The position numbers and the translations under genes were made by a program. A stretch of DNA of 64,000 nt from an uncultured SAR86 cluster bacterium (lineage in GTDB: Bacteria; Pseudomonadota; Gammaproteobacteria; Magnimaribacterales; AG-339-G14), in assembly GCA_902604535.1 (NCBI GenBank), contig CACKZK010000005.1, positions 11,020-75,019 of the forward strand. The letters are read 5' to 3'. Below, piece by piece: positions 9,511 through 18,105 of the stretch. The notes beneath the pieces are model-generated. The model ran no database searches. It was not told the DNA's origin and saw only the letters and a list, made by a program, of their open reading frames with translations. The first letter of the stretch is position 1. The number at the start of each line of letters is the position of its first letter.

Positions 9511-9645
9511 CGTTCATTTAGTAAACTTCATTAAGTTTATTAAACGGAAGTAGGGAGATAGGAAAACCTCTTTCTTTGATCTTAAAGAAAGGTAAGCAAG
9601 TACCAAGAAATTGGGAACGAGACCGAATATCTACCGAAGGAACGC
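9511..9645 (+). ncRNA. Glutamine riboswitch-like element (glnA / Downstream-peptide class) with expanded P3
   Basis: P1 CGTTC(9511-15)/GAACG(9640-44); P2 TTTAGTAAACTT/AAGTTTATTAAA; conserved CGGAAGTAGG...CCGAAGGAACGC with AGUA/GAA loop-E; located beside glnK-amtB. Confidence 0.8.
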
Positions 9646-9706
9646 GTTGATAAGGGTGTATACCGATTGGTATATGTACGTTTGAAACGAAAACTGGAGG
9701 AACGAT

Positions 9707-9868
9707 ATGACTACTTACTATAGAGGCGTTGAAGTTTCTGCTGATGTTAAATCAAAGTCTGAAAAGGCTTCTGACTTAAACTACAGAGGAACTAAGCACA
9801 ACGCAAACGTTGTCAAAAAGTCGTCAAAAACACCTGGTATTTACCGTGGTGTCAAGACTGCTGCATAA
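9707..9868 (+). CDS. 53-aa basic peptide with three YRG repeats (DUF4278-like; not in ORF track)
   Basis: SD GGAGG at 9696-9700; MTTYYRGVEVSADVKSKSEKASDLNYRGTKHNANVVKKSSKTPGIYRGVKTAA; followed by a terminator. Confidence 0.85.
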   Translation: MTTYYRGVEVSADVKSKSEKASDLNYRGTKHNANVVKKSSKTPGIYRGVKTAA

Positions 9869-9884
9869 CTGAAAGTTATGAACT

Positions 9885-9915
9885 AAAGGGAGGTTTTTTA
9901 ACCTCCCTTTTTTTT
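9885..9915 (+). terminator. Rho-independent terminator after YRG peptide
   Basis: AAAGGGAGGTT/AACCTCCCTTT stem plus T run. Confidence 0.9.
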
Positions 9916-9945
9916 GTTGGATAAATTTAAGGTAGAATTCAAAAA

Positions 9946-10836
9946 ATGGCTGAATTAAAACATCTTCCATCAACTTCATCTGTCGATAGTATTCTAGAAG
10001 TGCTTGAAAGAGATGCAGGGGTTATCATTGATAATGTTGTTAATTTTGATTTTCTAGTTGAGCTCAATGAAGAGTTAAATCCTTTCTTGTCGAGTGACAA
10101 TCTAGGTCGTGATGAGTTCACAGGTTTTAAAACTAATAGGATAGGGGCCCTCATTGCGCGGTCAAAAAAATGCAGGGAATTAGCTTTAAACAAATTAATC
10201 AATGAAACTGCCACTCAATACCTAAAACCGTATTGTGATGGCTATCAATTACACTTTACATCTGCGGTGAGTATTGGGCCTGGTGAATCTTCACAAATAC
10301 TTCACAGGGATAGGGGAATATGGGGCGGATATTTACCCAGAAAAGTAGAGCCTCTTTTAAGCACTATATGGGCAATAAACGAATTTACAAAAGCAAATGG
10401 AGCTACACAAATAGTTCCAGGCTCTCATAAATGGGATAAAAACAGACAGCCGCTTGAAAAAGAAATTGCTTTTGCTGAAATGGATGCAGGCTCTGTATTA
10501 ATATACACAGGAACTGTGCTACATGGTGGAGGAGAAAATACTACAAAAAATATCACAAGAACCGGAGTGTTTCTCCACTATGCAGTTAATTGGATAAGGC
10601 AGCAGGAAAATCAATATCTATCTTGTCCACCAGATATAGCTAAAGATTTGAGCTCAGAATTAAAATCTTTAATAGGATATTCAAAGGGCGGTTATGTTCT
10701 AGGTTTTTATTCTGATCCTTATGATAATGAAGCAAGGTTTGAATCTGTATCTCCAGAAAATATGTTTTCCAATTCTAAAGATAGATTTTCTGAAATCCCT
10801 GATCCAAAAGATCTAGTAAATGATTCTATAAAATAA
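9946..10836 (+). CDS. Phytanoyl-CoA dioxygenase (PhyH) family Fe(II)/2OG oxygenase
   Basis: QILHRD (HxD), NGATQIVPGSHKW, LHGGG motifs. Confidence 0.85.
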   Translation: MAELKHLPSTSSVDSILEVLERDAGVIIDNVVNFDFLVELNEELNPFLSSDNLGRDEFTGFKTNRIGALIARSKKCRELALNKLINETATQYLKPYCDGYQLHFTSAVSIGPGESSQILHRDRGIWGGYLPRKVEPLLSTIWAINEFTKANGATQIVPGSHKWDKNRQPLEKEIAFAEMDAGSVLIYTGTVLHGGGENTTKNITRTGVFLHYAVNWIRQQENQYLSCPPDIAKDLSSELKSLIGYSKGGYVLGFYSDPYDNEARFESVSPENMFSNSKDRFSEIPDPKDLVNDSIK

Positions 10837-10869
10837 AATAATAGATCTATCTTTAACCCTTAAAATTTC

Positions 10870-13443
10870 ATGAAAATTCTGTTTTCTATTGCTTTTATTT
10901 TTTCTCAATTCTTATTCGCTGAGGAAGAAGTAATAGTTACAGGGTCGTATATAAATAATTCTGATTCCGATTTAAGTCCAATTGAAATTTTTTCTATAGA
11001 TGATTATCGTAAACTCAATACCATTAGCTTGGCTGAGATTTCAAGATATGTTCCTTCTGTTTCAGGATCTCATTTTCAAACTAATGCCATGGATGGTGAA
11101 GATCAAGGACTGTCATCGATCACCTTGAGGGGGCTGGGTCATGCTTCGACTCTTCTTTTAATTAATACAAAGAGACAAACCTTTTCAGGAACACCTTCAC
11201 GAGAGGGTGAGGGATACATTGATGCAAATATAATTCCTGATATTGCCGTTAAAAAAATTGAAATTTTTAAAGAGGGAGCAACTTCTTTATATGGATCTGA
11301 TGCTGTCGCTGGCGTTGTTAATGTTCTTACTTATAAAGATTTTGAAGGATTTCTTTTTAGAACTGATAACCAATTTGTTGAATCTTATTCACAAAATGAT
11401 AACAAATTAGGATTTTTGTATGGCGTTAAAGAAGATAAAAATCATCTAGTTGTAGGACTTGAAAGTTTTTTTAGATCGCCTTTGTCAGCAAAAGAAATCA
11501 ATGGAATAGCAGATCTTTCAATAAGTACCTTTGGCAAAACATTTATAACAACTGAATCTGAAGAAATTTTATCTGGTGATTACCAAGGTTCCTATGATGC
11601 CAATGAAAAGATCCCTGATCCAAACTGTGAGATTAATGGAGGATTAATTCTAGGGGGCTTTTGTAAGTTTGCCTATGGTGAGAGATTCAATATCATAAAT
11701 AAAGAAAGACATAATAAGGGATATTTAAATCTGACTTCCAATATTGAAGATTCCTATCTTGAAAGTAATGAATTAATTTTGATTTATGCCAAAGTGGATG
11801 TTTTAGATAATCCTCAATCTCCTTCTTATCCAGCACTACCTTTTATTTCAAGAAACATATTGCCGAACGAAGGAGGTAGCCCATTCAAGAATGAAATCAA
11901 ATGGAGAGGTAGACCTTTAGGAGCCAATTATCCATCGCCTAATTCAACAAAAGATATTTCTCAATATCATATAACTAATACGTTAAAGTTTTCTTTTAAA
12001 AACAGTCAATTTTTTGAATTGTCAGTTTCGCAAAGTTCTCATAATAATTTAGCTATTAGACCCGACATTATAAATTCAAGATTTTTGGATGCTCTCCAAG
12101 GAAAAGGGGGCGTAACTCAAGATAAGCTATGGAATTTATTTTCTGACACAAACTCAAGTGAGTTAGTAGAGTATATAAAAGGCAACTTAATTGCTGAAAA
12201 AGGAGGCGCTCTTTCCTCTATAGATGGAATATTTGTATCTTCTAGGGATTCTCTAGACTATTCGACAGGTTTTCAAATCGCAAAGGATGTTTTAGATATC
12301 AAGTACAATGATTTAAGTAGAATAGAAATTGATTCAAATGGCAGCATCACTAAACAGGCCGATCTATTTTTCCTGGGCGGAGGAACGGATGTTTCACAAA
12401 GTAGATCAAAAGTAGCTGCCTTTGTTGAAATCAACCAAATTTTTTCAAATAACCTAGATTTGAGATTTGCTTTAAGGTATGAAAATTTCTCAAGCCAGGA
12501 ATCTTTGGATCCAAAAATATCTATCAAATATCAACCGAGCGATGTCTTTGCTCTAAGATTTTCCTCAAGTTCTTCATTTACGATGCCCTCCATGGCTCAA
12601 ATGTATGGATCAGATATTGTTCTTGGAAGCGTCAGAGACGTTACAGGAAGTGTTTTTGTTAGACAGGGCCAAATTGGAAATCCAAATCTTAAGCCAGCAA
12701 AGTCAATAAATACCAATTTAGGATTTTTGATTTTTCCATCAAATGCTTCGTCAATCAGCTTTGATTTTTTTGATTTTCGTTACAAAGACAGAATTGAGGC
12801 AGAAAGCGCTCAGGCAATGGTATTAAACAATCCTTTTAGTCCTGGCATTTCCAGAAATTCATCTGGAGAGATTACAGGCGTTACAGCCTCATACATCAAC
12901 GAGGATAGATCTTTTATAAACGGATTAGATTTTTCAGTAAACGTAATTCACGAATTCAAAAAATTCGGAAGTTTAAACTTTAAGGTTTCATCCACGACAT
13001 TATTTTACTTCTTAACTCCTCATCCTGAAGAGAATAATAACAAGGAAGAATTGATAGATAGAGTAGGTAAATTCAATTACGATGCGCACACCCATTCTTT
13101 ACCAAAAAATAAGATTAATATTTTCTTATCTTGGAATTATAATGAATACAGTCTTGATTGGGCTTCAAGGTATGTCTCTGGATATTCAAATGAAAGAGTA
13201 ATAAGCGATTATGCAAAATCCTTAGGATACACAAATGAAGTTGATGAATTCTTAGTCCATGATATCTCTATCACTAGATCATTTTCATTAGAAACAGGGA
13301 AACTCGATTTAAAATTTGGGATCATTAACTTTTTGAATAAAACAGCGCCAAGATTATACGACGCGCCCGATTTTAGTTTTGACACCAGGTTGCATGATCC
13401 AACCGGCAGAACGTATAACTTTTCTATTCAGTATCAACTTTAG
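10870..13443 (+). CDS. TonB-dependent receptor
   Basis: Signal peptide, EEVIVTGS TonB box, plug motif EIFKEGATSLYGSDAVAGVVN, GRTYNFSIQYQL C-terminus. Confidence 0.92.
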   Translation: MKILFSIAFIFSQFLFAEEEVIVTGSYINNSDSDLSPIEIFSIDDYRKLNTISLAEISRYVPSVSGSHFQTNAMDGEDQGLSSITLRGLGHASTLLLINTKRQTFSGTPSREGEGYIDANIIPDIAVKKIEIFKEGATSLYGSDAVAGVVNVLTYKDFEGFLFRTDNQFVESYSQNDNKLGFLYGVKEDKNHLVVGLESFFRSPLSAKEINGIADLSISTFGKTFITTESEEILSGDYQGSYDANEKIPDPNCEINGGLILGGFCKFAYGERFNIINKERHNKGYLNLTSNIEDSYLESNELILIYAKVDVLDNPQSPSYPALPFISRNILPNEGGSPFKNEIKWRGRPLGANYPSPNSTKDISQYHITNTLKFSFKNSQFFELSVSQSSHNNLAIRPDIINSRFLDALQGKGGVTQDKLWNLFSDTNSSELVEYIKGNLIAEKGGALSSIDGIFVSSRDSLDYSTGFQIAKDVLDIKYNDLSRIEIDSNGSITKQADLFFLGGGTDVSQSRSKVAAFVEINQIFSNNLDLRFALRYENFSSQESLDPKISIKYQPSDVFALRFSSSSSFTMPSMAQMYGSDIVLGSVRDVTGSVFVRQGQIGNPNLKPAKSINTNLGFLIFPSNASSISFDFFDFRYKDRIEAESAQAMVLNNPFSPGISRNSSGEITGVTASYINEDRSFINGLDFSVNVIHEFKKFGSLNFKVSSTTLFYFLTPHPEENNNKEELIDRVGKFNYDAHTHSLPKNKINIFLSWNYNEYSLDWASRYVSGYSNERVISDYAKSLGYTNEVDEFLVHDISITRSFSLETGKLDLKFGIINFLNKTAPRLYDAPDFSFDTRLHDPTGRTYNFSIQYQL

Positions 13444-13849
13444 GCTCTTTCACAACCTTATTTGTCGATGCATTTTTCATTAAAATGGCAGTACCGAGAA
13501 TCCAAACAGAAAGTGCTACTTCAACAAATAATTGGGATGTAACTTCGCTTCCATGATACACGACATGATAAATATTTAATCCAAGAGCGATTGAGTAAAT
13601 AAGGCCGCAGGCTACCAACCAAGAAGCTCTGAAACTAAGAAAAGAGAACAAGCAGAAGACTGCAGTGCCGCTAAAAAGGGCAATGTAATCCCTGTAAATT
13701 GAATTTTTTCCTTGATCTGAAAGAGCATCGTAACTAATTCCGAAGCCTGCAGCAGTTCCACTCGGGTCAATAAACCATTGATAAGCAACAAGACCAAGTA
13801 AAATGCAAGGAACTAATGAGAGCAATCTAATGACAAACTTATTCTTCAT
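13424..13849 (-). CDS. Hypothetical 4-TM membrane protein
   Basis: 141 aa, four hydrophobic segments, overlaps upstream gene by 4 nt. Confidence 0.7.
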   Translation of the reverse strand: MKNKFVIRLLSLVPCILLGLVAYQWFIDPSGTAAGFGISYDALSDQGKNSIYRDYIALFSGTAVFCLFSFLSFRASWLVACGLIYSIALGLNIYHVVYHGSEVTSQLFVEVALSVWILGTAILMKNASTNKVVKEPKVDTE

Positions 13850-14292
13850 ACAAACATTCTATATCTTAAATTATAAAAAACACTACCTGCTATACCTCCT
13901 GCCATGACATGCAGAAACGTACCCAGGGAAGTTCTGTTACCTGCGATTACTTCAGTTTGATAAAGAAATTCAACAGTACTTATCAATACTAGCCACATAA
14001 TCAATGACGAAATAAAGAAATACCAAATATTGGCAGGCAAGGGGATAAATTTAATTGTGTATTTAGAGATAATTAGGCCTAAGCCGAAAGGCAGCAGAAG
14101 AATTAAAAATAAAATAATTCCGAGATTTAGAAGGTCCGCAAGTAAAACTGAAAAAACCTCGCTTAGTCCAACCGGCATCTCCATGGAACTTAGCCAAATT
14201 AGGTTTGATGTACTTGTAATTGGAACTATAAGAATCGTAAGCAAAGCTACAGATGTTAGATATATGATCAAATTTTTAAAAAAGATTTTCAC
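13846..14292 (-). CDS. Hypothetical membrane protein
   Basis: 148 aa, four hydrophobic segments. Confidence 0.7.
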   Translation of the reverse strand: MKIFFKNLIIYLTSVALLTILIVPITSTSNLIWLSSMEMPVGLSEVFSVLLADLLNLGIILFLILLLPFGLGLIISKYTIKFIPLPANIWYFFISSLIMWLVLISTVEFLYQTEVIAGNRTSLGTFLHVMAGGIAGSVFYNLRYRMFV

Positions 14293-14342
14293 TTTCAGTA
14301 AGTATTTTGTGAGAGAATCCGATTTTATATTTATTCCTCAAT

Positions 14343-15902
14343 ATGCTCAAAAAATTATTTTATTTTTTTATTCTCATAAATTCTTTTACGACATTCTCGC
14401 AGGATGAAAATTACGAAACCAAAACCCTTTTAAGCGATCTAAGTCATCCTTGGGGGATAGACTTCATTTCCGACGATGAGATTTTATTTACTGAAAAAAT
14501 TGGGAAACTCAATTATTTCAATATTTCATCCAGAGAGTTTAAAGAAATAAGTGGCTTGCCCGAAATTTATTATCGTAGCCAAGGCGGCCTATCTGATATC
14601 AAAATAAGCCCATCGTTCAAAGAAGATAACAAAATTTTTTTTTCATTCACATCTTTGAATAATAACGGAACTAATACTCTTGCTATTTCATCAGCAATTT
14701 TAAATAAAGAAAACTTTGCTCTAGAGGATGTAAACGAGATTTTTAGGGCTGTCGCCAATAGAAAAACCGGCGCCCATTACGGAGCAAAAATTTTATTTTT
14801 ACCTGATGATACTATTTTAATTTCGAGTGGAGACGGTTTCGATCATAGAGAAGATGCACAATACTTAGATAACCACTTTGGAAAACTGATTCGAATCAAT
14901 CAGGATGGTTCCATTCCTGAAGATAATCCTTTCTTTGCAAACGATGAAGCTCTTAATGAAATTTATTCATATGGTCATCGAAATCCTCAAGGTTTAATCA
15001 TTGCATCTAATGGCAACATTATCGAACACGAACACGGACCTTTTGGTGGAGATGAGATTAATGTAATTCAACCTGGAAAAAATTACGGATGGCCAGCCAT
15101 TACATATGGAAGAGATTATTCTGGTGCTGTCATTTCACCTTTTACTGAAATGGAGGGAATGGAGCAACCTATCAAATATTGGGTTCCATCGATTGCACCT
15201 TCTGGGATGATTGAATACAAAGGTGAAGCTTTTCCTCAGTGGAAAAATTCCCTCCTGATTTCAGCTTTAAAAGCAAAAAAAGTCACCCGAGTTGATTTAT
15301 CAAGAGATAACATCTTAGAGGAAGATATTTTTACAGAACTTAATTTCCGTTTTAGAAATTTGATAGAAAGTCCAAATGGAAACTTAATTCTTTTAACAGA
15401 TGGTCCTAGCGGCAAGTTAATAGAAGTTAGTCCAATAAAAAATCTTGAAGTTGTTACTCCTGATGGAATAACTTCCTTTTATTTAAAGAATCCTAAATCA
15501 ATAGTTGTTCCAAGAAAACCTTACGATGAGAATGCAGACGCTGATTTATTAATTACTCAGGCTCTTTCCAAGTTGACTTCGAAAAAGAAACTCCTTTTGA
15601 TTCTGGGGGGGAATTGGTGTCCGGACTGCAGGGTTTTAGCAGGAATGCTCAAAAATAATTCGGTTCAAGCTCTTCTAAAAGATAATTATGTAGTAGAGCA
15701 CATTGATGTAGGCCGGTTTGATAAAAACCTTCATATTCCAAAGAGGTTTGGTATTGAGAAGTTATACGGAGTTCCAACGGTGCTGATCATAGACAAGGAA
15801 GAAAACGTGATGAATACCCCATTCATTTCCGATTGGACTACGGCAAGAGCAAAAAATCCTGAAGATTTTTCTTTTTATCTATCTAAATGGCTAGAAGGAT
15901 AA
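14343..15902 (+). CDS. PQQ-dependent sugar dehydrogenase (GSDH beta-propeller) fused to C-terminal thioredoxin domain
   Basis: HPWG, QGGL, YSYGHRNPQG, EHGPFGGDEIN, NYGWP, SIAPSG; C-terminal GGNWCPDC CxxC and YGVPT. Confidence 0.85.
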   Translation: MLKKLFYFFILINSFTTFSQDENYETKTLLSDLSHPWGIDFISDDEILFTEKIGKLNYFNISSREFKEISGLPEIYYRSQGGLSDIKISPSFKEDNKIFFSFTSLNNNGTNTLAISSAILNKENFALEDVNEIFRAVANRKTGAHYGAKILFLPDDTILISSGDGFDHREDAQYLDNHFGKLIRINQDGSIPEDNPFFANDEALNEIYSYGHRNPQGLIIASNGNIIEHEHGPFGGDEINVIQPGKNYGWPAITYGRDYSGAVISPFTEMEGMEQPIKYWVPSIAPSGMIEYKGEAFPQWKNSLLISALKAKKVTRVDLSRDNILEEDIFTELNFRFRNLIESPNGNLILLTDGPSGKLIEVSPIKNLEVVTPDGITSFYLKNPKSIVVPRKPYDENADADLLITQALSKLTSKKKLLLILGGNWCPDCRVLAGMLKNNSVQALLKDNYVVEHIDVGRFDKNLHIPKRFGIEKLYGVPTVLIIDKEENVMNTPFISDWTTARAKNPEDFSFYLSKWLEG

Positions 15903-15905
15903 AAA

Positions 15906-17276
15906 TTGAAAGAACTCGATGAAAGACTTGATCATGAAGAAGCTGTAGATTCTCCTTCTAGTCCTGAGACACTTTCCGTATGGGGTTTAGCTTGGCCATC
16001 AATACTAAATAATATTCTTTTTGCTTTTGTAAGCATTGTTGCCCTTAAAGCAGTTGGGGCATTGGGCACTGAGGCAGTGGCGGCTGTAGGGACAGGACAA
16101 AGAATTTTCTTTTTTTTACAGGCAGTTCTCATGGCCACAGCAACAGGAACACATGCTTTAGTAGCTCGAGCCATCGGTGCTAATAAGCCCAACGAAGCTG
16201 CAGAGGTTACGCTTCTGTCAACAATAGTAGCTATTTTCTTTGGTGTGTCTTCAGCCTTAATTTTTTGGGTATTTGGAGAAGAAATAATAGGAGCTTTTGG
16301 TCTCGATGAGCTAAGCCGTAAATTAGCCGTAGATTACCTGCAAATCTCTTTATCTTTTGTTCCAGGATTTGCAATTATGTTTATAGTTGGCGCTTCTCTG
16401 AGAGCAGCTGGAGATGTGATAACTCCTCTCATCATAAATCTAATTGTAAATATTATTAATGTGTTTCTCTTAATAGCCCTGGTGAATGGTCAATTTGGCT
16501 TCGAGGCACTGGGCGTAATTGGAGCAGCCTATGCATGGGGTATTTCTTTTACAATAGGATCCATCTTGTCTATCGCTATTTGGATAAGCAATAAGATCGT
16601 CATTCCAATGCCCTCGATGAAGTTCTATACCTTTGAAAGACTAAAGCAGTTGATCGTTATCTCAGTACCTGCAGGCATAGAATCGGTTGTTTTTAATTTT
16701 GGTCTTCTTGCTTATTTCTGGATCATATCTATTTACGGGAACGAGCCTATTGCTGCATACAACGTAGCTATAAATATTTTAATGATTAGTTTTATGATAG
16801 GCCACGGCTTCTCAATAGCTGGAGCTACTTTAACTGGACAGTACTTAGGAGCAGAAAATCCTGTTGAAGCAAGAAGGAGCGGATGGAAATCAGCAAGGTT
16901 GACTGTCTTTTCAATGACTCTTGTTGGGATAATAATTGCTATATTTTCTAAACCTATCTCTGGTTATTTCATAGACGACCAAGAAGTTATCAGGTTGACC
17001 GTAATTTTTCTGTGGATTTTTGCACTCATCCAACCGCTTATGGGGATAGAATTTTCTTTAGGTGGAGCTTTAAGAGGCGCTGGCGATACTAAATCACCTT
17101 TAATCATCACTATGATTGGCTTGATTTGCTTCAGATTGGTATTCGCATCTTTGTTTTTAGTCCTCAATATGCCCGTTGAAGTTGTTTTTGCTTCTCTGAT
17201 AGCAGATTACTTGGCTAAAGGTATTTTATTTACATTGCGCTTTAAATCTGGCAGATGGGTGAATGCACTTAACTAG
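15906..17276 (+). CDS. MATE family efflux transporter
   Basis: About 12 TM; LAWPS, LRAAGD and LRGAGDTK repeats. Confidence 0.88.
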   Translation: MKELDERLDHEEAVDSPSSPETLSVWGLAWPSILNNILFAFVSIVALKAVGALGTEAVAAVGTGQRIFFFLQAVLMATATGTHALVARAIGANKPNEAAEVTLLSTIVAIFFGVSSALIFWVFGEEIIGAFGLDELSRKLAVDYLQISLSFVPGFAIMFIVGASLRAAGDVITPLIINLIVNIINVFLLIALVNGQFGFEALGVIGAAYAWGISFTIGSILSIAIWISNKIVIPMPSMKFYTFERLKQLIVISVPAGIESVVFNFGLLAYFWIISIYGNEPIAAYNVAINILMISFMIGHGFSIAGATLTGQYLGAENPVEARRSGWKSARLTVFSMTLVGIIIAIFSKPISGYFIDDQEVIRLTVIFLWIFALIQPLMGIEFSLGGALRGAGDTKSPLIITMIGLICFRLVFASLFLVLNMPVEVVFASLIADYLAKGILFTLRFKSGRWVNALN

Positions 17277-17353
17277 ATTTTTATAAATTATTTTGGCAAA
17301 ATCTACAAATATTAATTTATATATAAATTTTAACTTATTTAAATAGGTGAATT

Positions 17354-18061
17354 ATGGGAGAAATATTAGCTGTTGACGATTACGTAGGTATATCGTTTTG
17401 GTTAGCTGCCGCAATAATGTTAGCTTCGACTGTTTTCTTTTTTGTAGAGAGATCAGACGTGCCAGTAAAATGGAAAACATCGTTGACGGTTGCTGGTTTG
17501 GTTACGGGTGTAGCTTTTTGGCACTACCTCTATATGAGAGGTGTCTGGATTTACGCAGGTGAGACTCCAACAGTTTTCAGATACATTGACTGGTTAATTA
17601 CTGTACCGCTACAAATAATTGAATTTTATTTAATTATCGCTGCGGTTACTGCTATTAGTTCAGCTGTTTTCTGGAAACTCCTTATTGCTTCCCTAGTCAT
17701 GCTTATCGGTGGTTTCATCGGTGAAGCTGGTTTAGGCGATGTCGTAGTATGGTGGATTGTTGGAATGATTGCTTGGCTATACATCATTTATGAAATTTTT
17801 GCTGGTGAAACTGCGAAGGCTAATGCGAGTAGTGGTAATGCTGCTAGTCAACAAGCCTTTAATACAATCAAGTGGATCGTGACTATTGGGTGGGCTATCT
17901 ACCCGATTGGATATGCTTGGGGTTATTTCGGAGATGGACTAAATGAAGATGCTCTTAACATTGTTTATAACCTTGCAGATTTGATTAACAAAGCTGCCTT
18001 CGGTTTAGCAATATGGGCTGCTGCTATGAAAGATAAAGAAGCAAGCACCAGCCACGCTTAA
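17354..18061 (+). CDS. Proteorhodopsin, DTE proton pump, Q105 (blue-tuned type)
   Basis: RYIDWLITVPLQIIEF (D97, T101, Q105, E108), WHY His75, YNLADLINK retinal lysine. Confidence 0.95.
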   Translation: MGEILAVDDYVGISFWLAAAIMLASTVFFFVERSDVPVKWKTSLTVAGLVTGVAFWHYLYMRGVWIYAGETPTVFRYIDWLITVPLQIIEFYLIIAAVTAISSAVFWKLLIASLVMLIGGFIGEAGLGDVVVWWIVGMIAWLYIIYEIFAGETAKANASSGNAASQQAFNTIKWIVTIGWAIYPIGYAWGYFGDGLNEDALNIVYNLADLINKAAFGLAIWAAAMKDKEASTSHA

Positions 18062-18073
18062 CATTTGTTAGCT

Positions 18074-18105
18074 AAAAAAACCCCAGTATTGCTGGGGTTT
18101 TTTTT
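18074..18105. terminator. Bidirectional rho-independent terminator
   Basis: A7-CCCCAGT-att-GCTGGGG-T8 between convergent genes. Confidence 0.88.

Noticed and set aside
9679-9690. GTTTGAAAC resembling a CRISPR repeat end
   Set aside because: Single copy, no spacers, no cas genes
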